From: Schizochytrium sp. TIO01
Lineage: Eukaryota > Protista > Bigyra: Labyrinthulomycetes
Length of the DNA stretch: 64,000 nucleotides
Direction of reading: 5' to 3'
Assembly: GCA_004764695.1 (NCBI GenBank)
Contig: SMSO01000031.1
Location: 3,820,436-3,884,435 of the forward strand
Shown piece by piece: positions 23,440 through 36,900 of the stretch (position 1 is its first letter; every line of letters starts with the position of its first letter). The translations under genes were made by a program, and so were the position numbers. The notes beneath the pieces were generated by a model, which was given only the letters and a program-made list of their open reading frames with translations, had not been told where the DNA came from and searched no databases.

Positions 23440-26400
23440 GCTCATGAATGAGTCACTACTCCTGAGTCTTAAGATATCCTCTAGGTAGGCAGGTATACTA
23501 ACATCCCTCTTCATAAGCTCAAATCATGAAATCTTTTTATTTCTCTATTAAGTAAAGCTAGTTACCTGCCTTAGGTAGCCTTTACTGTCTGTCTGTTGTC
23601 TGTCCTGTCTATTTGTCTGTCTGTCACACAGTAGAAGGTACCTACTTTACGTATAACCTCCTCACGACTATACGCAGATCAAAACTAAGGAAAAAGACAG
23701 AAACGCAAAGCGACCAGACTGGTCGAGCATGCGTTAGGTGAGCAGTAACTAGGCCTAATTAGAAATGAATGAAAAGAGGCAATAGTGAAAGAACCGAGAG
23801 AGATGAGGGGACAGAAATTGCGATGAACAGACAAACAACCATGAAACCGGTGATCAAATACACTGCTTTCTACCTTGAAGGTATGTAGGTAGGGAGATAG
23901 GTATGTAGTAGTACTTGCGGGGAAAACAACTCTGAATGGATATTCTGCCAAGTATTGACTTGAGAGTTTCTACTCAAGTCCGAGTGCATAAGAGTAAGCT
24001 ATCTAGAACCTAGTCTGCACATATACATACTATATTTTTGATTAAGATTAAAAATGACTGTGCTAAACATTATTAATGCAGCAGAAGGAGGGAAGAGTTA
24101 AAAGGAAAGACCGGAAAACTCTACTACATACTCACAACGAGAACATATGTCAGATAATATAAACAACGTGCTGTTATATTCAGAAAAAAAGCTGCAGGGG
24201 CCTTGCCTGGATGATACTCCATCTTTGCGACATTAAACAGCGAACCTGACTCCTAAGTAGATGGGTTAGTACCCTCATAGCATCGAGATCCGTAGAGAGG
24301 CAGGTAGGTACCAACCTAATCAGGACCTCGATAACCTCCTCATGCCACGTAGTAAGCGACACACACATACTTTCTATCCTCCATATTAGTAACTAATGCC
24401 CTACCCCTCGAGCAGTTAAATACAAGAGAATACTGATTTAATGTGATGAGTGATTGTTTAGCGTGAGTTTTTTTAACTTTAATGTTCGAAGAATAAAGCA
24501 GGTAGGTAACTGGTAAAAGTAGATTTTATTGATTTTATGTTTGTTTTTTTGTCTTCAAGTCACGGTTAGTGGTACTATTATTATCACTACTTTTGCTACT
24601 AATAACAATAATACTAAGACTACTAATTAATATATAAAATTTAAAACTACACTGAGCAATTTAGTTTGACCGTCCTTATTCGAGCTTTTTTCTTGCCTTT
24701 ATTATTTTATTTTATTTTTCATGAGTTTGAAGCTCACTGACTATGTAGGTACTACTCTTGTAAAATATAAAGCATATAAAACAATAGTTTATAGGCCTAA
24801 CTCAGAAAGTTATAGGGAGATTATCAGAAAATTCAAAGACTCGGAAAAGTCTCAGAGCACCCGATAAGAAAATACATATGTTAAATCCTATCTCTACTTG
24901 TCTAGCTAGTCCTGTATCATGATGCCCATGTAAATAACTCACTGTAGCAGTTCATAAGGCACGGGAAACAACTTGAAACATGAGAAATGTTTTAAGCACT
25001 TCATGAGAGTATACTAATAAAGCTGGAAATGGAGGTAATTAAATCTTTTAGCTTCGCGCCAAAATAATGACTCATGTATTTGGCATACTACCTAGGTATT
25101 GCCTTTTTAATAGATTAATTTTTAATTGTTTTTTAATTGTTTTTTAATTGTTTTTAATTCAAAAGGCAACGAACCAACACTCTAAATACCTAATTTATAC
25201 TTCAAGTTGAGTTTAAAACCAAATGAATCATGTATTAGGTATCTACCTAGTCATAATAGAAGCTTAAAAGGTCTGTTCAGGCAAGTCGAGTCTTTCAATC
25301 CAAGCACTTTCATTACAACTAGAACTCAAGGGTCTCAGCTTACTGTTTTCTCAACTCAACTTACTCACTCCCTTAGTCAGTGTTCTCAACTCATAGTATC
25401 TCTCGTGTTCTTAGTTTTTAGAATAAGGAAATTTACGATGAAGTATTGTGCTTATTGCATGAAGAATAGACTATACGAATGTGAGTGAATTACTAAATGA
25501 AAGAGCACCTAGTACTATATCATACCTTTCAAAGTTGCTCTTTTCTCTTTCTTGGACGATCATTTTCTTCAGTATGTTCTACACGACAACAGTTTGCTTC
25601 TTTAAATACAACTTTTAAAGATCCGGTTGTGGGTGTTGCAAATAATGCTAACTTACTATCGGAAAGAAGTTAAGAAATAGCGAAGTTTTAAGCAGTAACT
25701 AGGATTTTCATAGTTCTATGATGCCTACCCCCTAACCGAATAACTTGAATTACCGATAATAGTACTAGTAGCAGAGATTGTCTTATAAAAATTTGCAAAA
25801 ACTTGCATTTTTAAGGTGATGTGAGAAGACCCAATCGCAGATTAAATACTAACCCAAGACGCAAAGACAATTCTTAAATCATGTTCTTAGATAGATAGCT
25901 CAGAAGGATGACTCTCGTGGCGTGGGCATCACGATCGGCTAAGTGTTTGCAATTTTTGGGGCATTTGAAAACCTTGGATTGTCGTGGATGGTACGACATT
26001 CATGGCGTGGTTTTGAAGTGCAAACATCTCGGAACATCACCAGTTTACACCACTGGCGGGAGGAAGCTCGGCTTTGTGAATGAGCACTTGGCGAAAGCCA
26101 GCGAACGAAACAACAGCACAACACTCGAGATGTCTTGATTTTGACCCATCTTATTAACTTATTGAGTTTTCAAATTCAAGCAAAAGGATAACACCGTAGT
26201 GTTTACAAAGCCAAAGTGCAAGCTTGGGGTGATTCTTGGTAGTCCAGTTAGGCGCTCAACCCGGGCCTTTTGAAGTTGACCACTCCACCGATGTTTTTTA
26301 AGACGGCGAAGCCATCTAAATAGGCGCGCTGGAGGCCACCTATCATATCCAAATTACATCCTGATCGCATGGTAACATGTTCTGCACTAGTGCTATTATA

Positions 26401-26536
26401 TCTGTTTTGAAGAGCCTGCCCGTCTAAGACGAAAAGCTAGAAGTGCTTTAGCTATAGTGACGCACACTATAGCCGATATTAGTTTTGTATTTTCTTAGTT
26501 TAGCTTTTTATCTGTTCACAAAAAATAAAATTAAAA

Positions 26537-26539
<3 letters not shown>

Positions 26540-26568
<29 letters not shown>
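26540..26568. repeat. (TA)n microsatellite
   Basis: Read directly. Confidence 0.9.
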
Positions 26569-26574
<6 letters not shown>

Positions 26575-29500
26575 TCATGGTAAAGTTCACATCAATTTGT
26601 TATCAAGCCAGATGCCAATTGAAATGCAATAGGCCTTGGGAGAACACTGCAAAAGTAAGCAGGTACCTGTGGCTTAAAGTCATGTTTTTATTGTGTTTTG
26701 CCCTTGGAGATAGTTTTTTAAGGTTTAGCCTCGGACTAGTGATTGTGGCTCATACTAGGAAGTCCCAAAGTTTATTCAAGAGCTATCGTTGCTCACCTTG
26801 TTGAAGTAATTGATTGACGTTTGTCAACCGTGGGCCCTTTCAGCAGAAATAGGCAGACTTCATGACGCTCTCATGGCATGTTCAAAACGAATCGGCCAGC
26901 GAATGTAGAAATGCTCGTACTCAGATAGGAAAGATATCGCATGTTAAATGCAAGTTTGAGGTAGGTCATTCGTTTTTCGAAATTAATGCTCTGATGGGTC
27001 AGAAAGCTTCATTTTCAGCGTGCTTTCAGAAGAACACAATTTCCTTCATTGATTTTTCTAATTGATGTTTTTTGGGGGCTTGGTATGCCTGTTTGCAATA
27101 GCTTACACGTACATCCTTCTGGAGTGAGGGCATCAAATTGGCCTCATATTACAGAGGAAATAAATATTTTAAAAGTAATTTATCTCTTGAAAGAATTTGT
27201 CAACCCCTGTTTGTTTTAGTTCTTATCCTCCCAATAGGCTTAATTTCTATATGCATAGACTCATTAGAAGTCCAAGCTTTTAAATGTACAAATACATTCC
27301 AAATGAGAATCTTACATATTCAATTAGGAACGAGATAGAAACGATCAATTTGTCCCATTGACGCAAGCTACGCATCATCGGAGAATGTACATCATGTCTT
27401 GTTCAATAGTTTCACAGCGCTTATGCTAAGCACAGGGGTCTAGCATAGTCCCACAATACAAGCTTTTATAATTCAAAACAATAGATGGCGATGATCATGT
27501 TTATGATGGAAATTTGGCTAGTACGAGTTACATTCCCTGTACGCTATCTGCTTCATAGGATAGCAACTTGCTCAATTCATCGACCACGTGATAACAACAA
27601 ATTCGGAAGGTCATAGCACTTTGAGATATTCAACAAATGTCAACCTCCGAGCCATACAAACCATTTACATGTTGTGTGTATGAACGAACATATATAGCGG
27701 TATAGTCTTGGAAATGTATTCCTTCTTAGAAACTCTAGCACCGAGAAGCAACTCAAACCAGCTAGTGTTGGAATTACTTTTGATGACTAACTTCTTACTT
27801 CTCATTATTATTACTTTAACAACAGATCGGGAAGTTAAAGTACACCAAAAAAATGAGCTTAACGCTCAAACCTAATCAACAATTGTGGAAATCCCTTAAG
27901 CTGAGCTATCCAGTATGAGTAACCAAAGGAATGAACGATCTGATAAATCCATTCAGGTTTTCTCTATAATCCTATGTGCACGTCATAACTTGAGAGTATT
28001 TGATTTGCTACTAATATTCACATGTAAGACTTCTCTCCGGTCATTGAACTTTCAGCTTAATTCCCAGTACATCCTTTTAGTGGTTCATTTACCTATGCAA
28101 CAAGCAGTTATGCAGGTAGAATTTAATGTGTCAATCGAAATGTTGTGATTTTCACCTATGATAGAACTTTCTCTCAGTTTTATTAAGCTTAATAAAACCT
28201 GAACAATTGTACTCATCAAGCCCGCTACTTCTAGTCTACTTTCTGTCTGCTCTGAGACTTAAACTAAACAGATCTTTAATTTTGTACTTTTAAGTTTACT
28301 CGAGTAGGTTGACCAATTCATATATTATGGCTGCCGACAGTGTTCTAACATGCAATTTGTTTGCAATTTTACTATATTATTAGCGAAGCTCTCTCACCTA
28401 TCGTGTAGTGAAGATCCAGGCATGCAAAGACCTTATGAAGGTTCCAGGTATATAACCTGCTAGTGCGAAAATAAATACCATTAACTTTAAGTTTTCATGA
28501 TCTCCCTTCATGTTTGTTAATCGGTTCAAGAGATGGTAGGTGTGCACCTACATACTATCAAGGTAGAGCTTCACTTAGAAGTACCTAGTAGTGGTCATAT
28601 CTAGCAGTCAGAGACCTAAATTGTGCTTAGAGTTTTCATGACACGTACCTACTTACGAACTAATTTTGTGGTTTTTTTTTTTGTTTTTTTTTTATTTGTT
28701 TTTTGTTTCGGGCTTCTAATCATTTTTTCGAACCAACTATATTATCTTTTTTTCTACTTTTCAAGTTTGACATGTACAGTGTTTTTTGTTCTTATTTTAA
28801 AGTCTGGTCACCTTCAAAAACTTTATTATTATTATTGGTATTAATGGTATTATTTATTTATTTATTTATTTGTAATAAAATAAAAATGAAATGAAATAAA
28901 AATTAATGCAGCTCTTTTTCTTTTTTTTTCCAAGGGGCCTATACTCGTGATTCAAGCTTGCAACAAGGTCTACTTCTATTAATTTTTAAAGCATACAACT
29001 CTACTATCATTATAGATCTCATATACGCACATTCAGAGCTTCAGTCATTTTCATAATGACGTAGGCATCACACAATTCAACTCATGAGCATTTTGTATGT
29101 TGTATAATTGATGTACTAGTATCCTTATGATCAAGTTAAACAAAACCTCCGTCGAGCACCCAAGATGGTTAACAATCATGAGAAATTTCAATAATACGTT
29201 GGCAAATTTGTTAAAAGGTTGCCTGAATTCTAAATTGTTTGGGGGAAATTTGGCTCGTATTTCTTGAAAATTCCACTCAAGCCCTACAACCAGAACTGAT
29301 TCTAAACAATGCTCCTACGCTTTGATATTTGCTAACGCGCCCCATCTTTGCTCAAGCAGGATACACTAATTTGTATTGATCTGGACTTCGTGTGATATTC
29401 GCCCTCGTAAAAGCCTCAAATAATTGTTTGGTATGAATTTAAGCGTCTATATAGTCAATTTGAAGGAAACTCTTCATCGATACTAACAGTGTAAACTCTT

Positions 29501-30368
29501 GGCTAATGTAAAAATACCCCCCAGTACATAATTTTGAAGGTTCACTATCTTACTGCTTCATTGTTATGATCTTATCGCCTGATTGTCGCGTATTCAACAT
29601 GTTCGTTCCAGACCAAAGCTGAAGGCGGCACAATCGAATATCTGACTGAGACTTTTTAAACTAAAACTGCCCTGCTAGATATTATATTTAGAGCTATATT
29701 GTTATCTACTCGTCTCTCACCGTGACAACTAGAAAGCGTTTCCTAAGTCTAAAGGGAAAATCATCAAAAAGGAGTCCCTGAATATCGATAGTATTTAGCA
29801 GCACGCAACATCATGAATTTATTTATTTTCATGGACATTTAATATTAGTACCAGACCCAAATCAGTGATAAGTGATTATTTTGGCTTAAACTTTGGCCCA
29901 AGCTTAATTTGATGTTGCACTACGAGAATGCATATCAGCAGCATTTTATACCAACTACTGTTGCTTTTACATACTACTGGTTGCTTTTGATTCTCCTATT
30001 ACCTACTTACCTAGTAAACAGTAGTAGGTATTAGAGACCTGCATATTCGCAATGTAATACCTATCTATACCTAGGTACTACATAGCTTCCCGCCTACTAA
30101 TAGCCAGTTGGCATTAGTCATCGAATAGTATCTAGGGGCATGTTGTACTGTTAGGCTAATTACGCCATACGATGGACCCAGATTAGTTAGATCGATATCA
30201 GAAAACAAAATGCCGCAAAAGCGCTTCATCACTTAACCTTTGTCCATGCTGCATCGCGATTTTGTTTGACGCTGGCGAAACCTTGCAAGGCTTGTTGTGG
30301 GACAACTTCTGAGAAGCTCACCAGTTGCTTACTCCCTGAGGGTCTCAAGTATTTGTCTGTGTGCTGCC

Positions 30369-33300
30369 ATGGTTGTGCAAGCCGAGTTAAAAGATGACGG
30401 CACTAGTACTTTGCGTCAAGAGCGCAACACCAACTCAGCTTCGCTCTCGCCCTCCCCAACAACCCCTCCGCCGCATCAGTCCCACACCACTAATACAAAG
30501 AAGTATGGCTCTCCAGAACCTAATGCACGAATGGGCGACGGAGACCCAATGAGCGGCACGACCCCAGGATCCTTTGGTTTGACCACCTTTGTGGTGCCTG
30601 ATTTTGACGCGCAACTTTTTGTCGATGAGATTTGCTCGCAAGCTGTTGAAGTAGACGAACTTGACTTCTTACTCGACGATTTAGGTACTTTACAAGATGA
30701 CTTGGATGATGCTATTGAGAAAGTCGATCAAATGGACAGCGCTGTCGGTAAACGCATCGAGCGATCTCGGATTGATAATGAAAGATTGTCCAAGGAGCTA
30801 CGAACGATAGCTCAAGATCAGAACCGTGTTCAAGAAAAGGTTGCTCGCCAATTCCGCACTCTGGAGCGAAAGTTTGGCCGCGCTTCAGAATCTGCAATAG
30901 GAATAGGATCCCGTTTGGAGCACCTCGATGAGGTAAAAAATCGTGCGGCTCACGCAAAGCAGTTGTTGCATTACTTTACCGAATTTGCTTATGAGCCAGA
31001 AATCACCTCGTCTCTTTTTACAGATTTCCCGCGGACCCTTACTGAAGCCGCTCCATATATTCATGACCTTGAGAGTGTGACATTAGACCTCACTGTACCT
31101 GGCTTGGAACAAGGTGTAAAGCGTGTTGAAAAAATGAGTGGCCGTATTCTGAATGGGTTGCTTGATGAATTTGATCGAGCTGCCGCCGATAATGACACCT
31201 CAAAGATGAGAAGTTGTGCCGATGCAGTCCTCGAGAACTTCCGTCACAAACAAGGCCCTGAGAATTTATTTCAGCGCTTTGTGTATCACAGCCTTAATCC
31301 CCTTCTTGCTGCTCGTGAAAGGTCGATTGGATTTCGTAATACTGCACTTCGTGATAACCTCGCACATTTGTTTACACAGATAAGAAGTGTTGTTCGAACA
31401 ACCCACGTTGTCGTTGCAAAGGTATTTCCGCATCATTCAGATGAAATATTTGCTCTTCTTGTGACTCGTTTATTTAATGACTCAGTCTTTGGCCTTCAAC
31501 CCATGCTTCAGGAATTTCTTTTTCCAGAACACCGAGGTGGCGAGCTTGCCCACAACGAGTTTTTACAAATTCTTTTCACTGCTCATCACGAGACTGAAGT
31601 TCTTGTTGAGGAGCTAACGCGAGGACTTCAAGCCTCGCATCAAGTTAAAACTGACGAGAATAGAGCCAAAATAGAAAGAGTAGAAGAGCCCCAAACTCGT
31701 CTATTCAGCTCTGGTAAAGCTAGTCAAGATTTGGAACGGGCTGCAGATATGAAGCGACAGATGCTGCGATTTGATATTGATGTTATCCGGAAACAGGTTA
31801 GTGCAGTTTTTGAGCCTCTTACAGAATCTTATGCAGAGCGCGAAGAGCAACTTTTCGCACAGCGCATGTCAAAAAAACTATTTGCAACCATGCCTTTCGA
31901 ATTTGTGCGGGTTGTTATTCCAGAACTTAAGCCACCCCCAGGTATCGATAAGCCCCCAAGTCGGTCTCAAACGTCTCTGGACAACCAAACACGCGAGTCG
32001 CTTTCTGGGAGAGCGCGTGCTCCTTCATCTCCTGGTGATAATTTATCATGGATGGACTCAGCTGCTTTCAGAAGCTTATACACCCAGGAGCCTCTTGCAG
32101 CTATTCGCCGTCTCCTCCTGCAGATTGCTTCAACGGAGGAGGACTTTCGTGTAGAGACCATGGTCGAGAAAACACTCGATCTAAAACCATCTTGGCGGGA
32201 GGATATTTTAAGCCTACCACTCCCAGCCCTTGCACGTGCGCTTGAACAAAGTAATCGGAGTTGGCGCCTGGAAGATTTAGATGACATTGCCGCAGGGGCC
32301 CCCCCCGCTCCACGAGAGGATACATTCGAGGGTATTTTTTATGATCTTCGAGGTATTCCTGGACAAGCTATTCGATGGGGCTTCGAGGCCCACAAACGCT
32401 GTGTTGACCTTCTCGGGCCTAGTCAGGATGATATTAAGGACTCAAACTCAACATCGAGTCGGAATCCTACTGAGAGCATTGTTCTGGCGATCGCAGATGA
32501 CTATCGAGCATTCTATGACTCTGCGCAGAGACTTTTTCAGAAATTATGTGACCGATTTTTCGTTGCAATGCTGGTTCCCATTCTTCAGGTAGTTCATACC
32601 CAGATCCCAGAAATTTCTCAATTTCGTGAAGCCGATGGCTCGTCAATGTTGAAAGCTCTTGCAGAAGAAATGGAACTTTTTGATGATCACGACCAAGCCT
32701 ATGTTGTTGGGTCGTCACCTGTAGTCCACCGTTTACAGGTCCTTCCTGCCTTAGCACACGGTAACACCAGCGTTAAAGCATTGGTTGCTGCTATCACAAA
32801 ACGAAGTAAACAAAGTGAGCGACTTCACTCAATTGTGCCCGAAAGCGCAATCGAGTTATATCTTATTACAAGTCAAACCGTGGAAGAACTTATAGAACAG
32901 ATTCTCTTTTACTGGCGAGATTTAATTTACCCTTCACTATCCAAATCGCCAAATGCAGTAAGTGTATGCCAAGCATTTTTGAACAATCGTCTAAATCTAT
33001 GCGAATCTCTTCTTGCGGATGGCCTGGACACGATTTTAAACTTAGCTTCAGCCCAGACCCAGGCCTGTGCCCTCGCGCTCTGGGACAAGTTTGACTATGC
33101 CCCGAAAGAAGGCGTTGAAGTCCAGTATGATCGAAACACGACGTGGTGCTTAGCTTGTGTAGACCTATTAAGCGTGTATGCGGACCGAATCTCACGTCTA
33201 TCAAATCAAGATGCTCGCCAAATAGGTCTCTTGCGCCTGTCATACTTGGGCCGAGACATCCTCTTAGGGACCTTGCGGAGAGCGAAGGTATCTGTAAATG

Positions 33301-33593
33301 GATCATTCACACTTGTGCAAGATATTGGAGTTTTAAGTAAAGTCTTCACAACGAACCCATTTTGCAGCTCCATTTCAGATGTCACTGAGACATGGGACGA
33401 GCTTCGCCTCATATCTCAACTTTTCATTGTGCAACCAGCAAACTTACAAGAGCTCATTTCCGATCGCGAAGGAGGGCTTTCGCACGTGCGACCGCGTCTT
33501 TTGTATGAATGTATTTCTCGACGGTCAGACTTCCGTACGTCATTTGGAGGTAAGGCATCTTGGGTAAAAACTCTTTTTGCGAAATCGACGTGA
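30369..33593 (+). CDS. SEC10: Exocyst complex component Sec10/EXOC5, ~1074 aa
   Basis: N-terminal coil followed by IGSRLEHLDEVKNRAAHAKQLLHYFTEF; C-terminal GSFTLVQDI…WDELRLISQLFIVQPANLQELI matches the Sec10 pattern. First ATG at 30369. Confidence 0.85.
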   Translation: MVVQAELKDDGTSTLRQERNTNSASLSPSPTTPPPHQSHTTNTKKYGSPEPNARMGDGDPMSGTTPGSFGLTTFVVPDFDAQLFVDEICSQAVEVDELDFLLDDLGTLQDDLDDAIEKVDQMDSAVGKRIERSRIDNERLSKELRTIAQDQNRVQEKVARQFRTLERKFGRASESAIGIGSRLEHLDEVKNRAAHAKQLLHYFTEFAYEPEITSSLFTDFPRTLTEAAPYIHDLESVTLDLTVPGLEQGVKRVEKMSGRILNGLLDEFDRAAADNDTSKMRSCADAVLENFRHKQGPENLFQRFVYHSLNPLLAARERSIGFRNTALRDNLAHLFTQIRSVVRTTHVVVAKVFPHHSDEIFALLVTRLFNDSVFGLQPMLQEFLFPEHRGGELAHNEFLQILFTAHHETEVLVEELTRGLQASHQVKTDENRAKIERVEEPQTRLFSSGKASQDLERAADMKRQMLRFDIDVIRKQVSAVFEPLTESYAEREEQLFAQRMSKKLFATMPFEFVRVVIPELKPPPGIDKPPSRSQTSLDNQTRESLSGRARAPSSPGDNLSWMDSAAFRSLYTQEPLAAIRRLLLQIASTEEDFRVETMVEKTLDLKPSWREDILSLPLPALARALEQSNRSWRLEDLDDIAAGAPPAPREDTFEGIFYDLRGIPGQAIRWGFEAHKRCVDLLGPSQDDIKDSNSTSSRNPTESIVLAIADDYRAFYDSAQRLFQKLCDRFFVAMLVPILQVVHTQIPEISQFREADGSSMLKALAEEMELFDDHDQAYVVGSSPVVHRLQVLPALAHGNTSVKALVAAITKRSKQSERLHSIVPESAIELYLITSQTVEELIEQILFYWRDLIYPSLSKSPNAVSVCQAFLNNRLNLCESLLADGLDTILNLASAQTQACALALWDKFDYAPKEGVEVQYDRNTTWCLACVDLLSVYADRISRLSNQDARQIGLLRLSYLGRDILLGTLRRAKVSVNGSFTLVQDIGVLSKVFTTNPFCSSISDVTETWDELRLISQLFIVQPANLQELISDREGGLSHVRPRLLYECISRRSDFRTSFGGKASWVKTLFAKST

Positions 33594-33941
33594 GCAAGGC
33601 GACACATTTGATTGTCGTTTAGTGCTATTTCGATTAAAGGAAACTTTAAAAATTAATTTCTTTTTGGCCTATTTTCTTTTAGTTTCTTGGATATATTTTT
33701 CATCTTCTTATAGCTGCCGTCTGTGAAACGCCCCACACAAAAGATGTCAGGTTGAGGGTTCGCTATTTTTCTTGCCTTCATTATCTGAAGGCAAACTATC
33801 TCAATTAACGAGCGTGGCTGCAAACATTGTGTCAACTTTCCCTAACAGGATTAGCAAGTTGATTATAAGGTTATCTTACAAATCGAAAGCAAAAAGGATG
33901 AAGTACATATCAAAGTGCCTCAAGGTATGTATGTGTTAAGC

Positions 33942-36900
33942 TTAAGAAAATAAGCGATGGTCTGTTGCTGTTAAATCGTCTTGAGCTTCTAGCCGCTTGC
34001 GACGCCGACGCGCGGAGGCTGCAGCAGTCCGCAGCATCTCCATTGTTACAGTGACCTCGGGCATTTTCTTCGGAAACCAGTTCAATTCGACAGCCACAAG
34101 CATCAAGGCAGGAACCAACAAACTTCGCACAATAAATGTGTCTAACAAACAGCATGCTACGAGCAGCCCACCGATTTGTTGTACAACAGGAATCGCAGAA
34201 AGACACATTGATCCAAATGCGACAGTCATGATAATGCCTGCAATAGTGATAACATGTCCGGTTTCTTGTAGACCAGCGAAAACCGCAGCTTCTGTGGAGA
34301 GCGAAGCTAAGCGCATTTCAAAAATCCGTGCAACAACAAAGGAGTCATAATCTAATGTACACCCAACCATGATAGGAACCCCTAAAATGGGAACAATCCA
34401 GTAAAGCCCAGCTGCATCAGGACTTGCGTGCATATCTTGAAAAATTAGAACAATGATGCCGAAAACGAGGCCCAAAGTCAAAGCAATAGTCAGAAGCAGT
34501 CGAGGACCCAGTAACAGAGATTGGAAAGACCATAACGCTAGTACCAAGCACAGTAAGGATTACTGCCGTCAGCATGACAGGTGGTGTATCTTTATAAACT
34601 TGGTCAACTTGGTCAAACAATCGTACTACGGCTCCACCAAAGAAGAATCGATAGTCCTCTTCCTTATCGTTGAATCCGTACGAGCTCATGACATCATGCA
34701 TATGATTTACCCACGGATGCGCTGCTTCGTTGTATGGCTGAAATGGAGGGTGCATACGAATGAGAACTTGGGTTGCAGTAGTTGTCCCGTTTAATGCGAT
34801 CATTGTATGAAATTTATCCCGCCACATCAAATCAACTGCGTCTAGTTCTCCCGATTGTAACCGCTTTGAAGACTTCGCAACATAATTTCCACTTAGAATT
34901 GCAGCAGCATCGTGCCATGAATACCTGCGACCAAGAAACAATGCCGGGCTTTCAATCACGGCTTTTGCCAGGCGTTCCTGACCACCACTTTGCGAAATAC
35001 TTGTTGTTGCATAGGAGAGTGTTATTTTCAAAAGAGTTTCAGAAGCGTTTTGAATTCTTCCCCAAAATCTCTGCGACACAAACAGCTCGTTTCTGCAAGC
35101 GTGAGAACAAGATTGAGCACATAAATTCCGTAATACGCCTTTTGCTTCAGGAAAACGGTCAGTTAAATTTGTTGGCAATTCGCATGATGGTAAGTATTTT
35201 GTAACCAGCCGACAGTTTAGGCCTTCCCAAGGAGCAGGGACACGCGGGAAAAGTTTATGGCCCACATTGAGCAATTGCTGAAGTCCAACATTGTCATCGA
35301 AACAGAGATCTGATGTCAAGGGTTGTTTTGCAGTATCGCTAACTGGACTGGCAATGAAAGCTTTATAATCGGACATGAAGCCTGCTGCAAACCCTCTTTC
35401 TCCAATTGACTCTACTGTATGGACATATGAGTTATGAGCAGGAACAAGGTTTGCCTGACTGTCGGTCCATCTGAATCGGCCAATTTGCCAGCAAACGGGA
35501 ATGCTTGCACCCAGGATGAAAACAATGAGTAGCCTTGGGTAGTTAAGGCAAAGCTTTGCTATGAGCGCCCAGACCCGTGATTGAGCAGAGAGAACACGTG
35601 ATGACTGTACCTCAGCACGGCGCCTTCTCTCCCGCTCGCTTGCCCGTGTTAGAGATGTAGGTGGTCCAGACAAATCAAACCCTAAATGATCGCTCCCACT
35701 TGCAATCGAGTCCTGTTGACCTATGCTAGCGACGCTGATTCGAAGGTCGTTGCCACTTGCTGTACTTGTCACTGTCCCACTTTCATCTTGGGCAATACCA
35801 ACCCCACTGCCAACAAAGGTGGATACAAATTCTTGATTTCCCAAGTGGCTTAGTTCTGTGCTGTCCACTGTTCGGATCCGCGGAAGTCCTGCAGTATCGC
35901 CGTTCATAGACGAATCATCTGTTGCCAAAAAACTGTCAAGCATATGTGCTGTTGATGAATTACGAAAGTCCGTACTAAAACTTCGAATGCCATCATCTTC
36001 CATATCATCGTCATCGTCATCATCGTCATCGTCATTTGTGATGCGAAGCTCATGCATCCCGGCGTCTCCCTGTTGGTTTCGGAGTATCTTTATTGCCTTA
36101 CTACGTTTCCCAGTACCAAATACTTTTCTAAAGCAACGCTGGAACGGCGAAAGGAGGAAAAGAAGGAGGCTTCGCAGCTTATACATAAGCACTGCTAAGC
36201 CTCCTGAAATTGATGGGCGATGGATTGAGCTGATTTTGTCCAAAAGGGGGCCGGCAGCACATAATAATGCAGGAAGTAAAGTAACATTTGTGGCAATGGT
36301 GATAAGGTTCGTAATTGCAAGAGCCACACCCAAAGAGGCCACTGTTTCGGCTTTGACAAAGTACAGACATCCGTTGCTAATGAGCATGATAGAGCCAGAA
36401 ACGCCAATCGTTTTGCCCGCTGTGCTCATAGCTTGATCCAGAGCGTAATTTCTTGAAGCCCCACGCGCAAGCTCCTCTGAATATCGCACAAGCATAAATA
36501 GAGCATAGTCTACATTAAGAGCAACTGCCATAGATACAATCATAGATGGAGCAAATGTAGGCAGTGCAAGCCCAGCTGGCATCCAGTGCACACTCAAGGC
36601 AAATGACGCTAGAATACAAATAGGAAGGCTAATGAGAACAAGAAAGGCAGAGAAGCCACAATACCAGAGGAGAATTACCCACGCAAACGGAATCCCAATA
36701 AGGTCTGCATGTTCAAAGTCATACACTACTTCATCTTGCGCAATCTTGAGAAGCTTTTGCTCATTGGTATATCGTACATTATAAATGGCGGGGTTCGGAC
36801 CATTGGCAATGATAAAGTCGTCTAGAAAGTTGAACAGACGGGTTGATAGGCCATGTAAAAAGTTGTGGCGGATATAGATCATCATTGCGGTAGCATTGGC

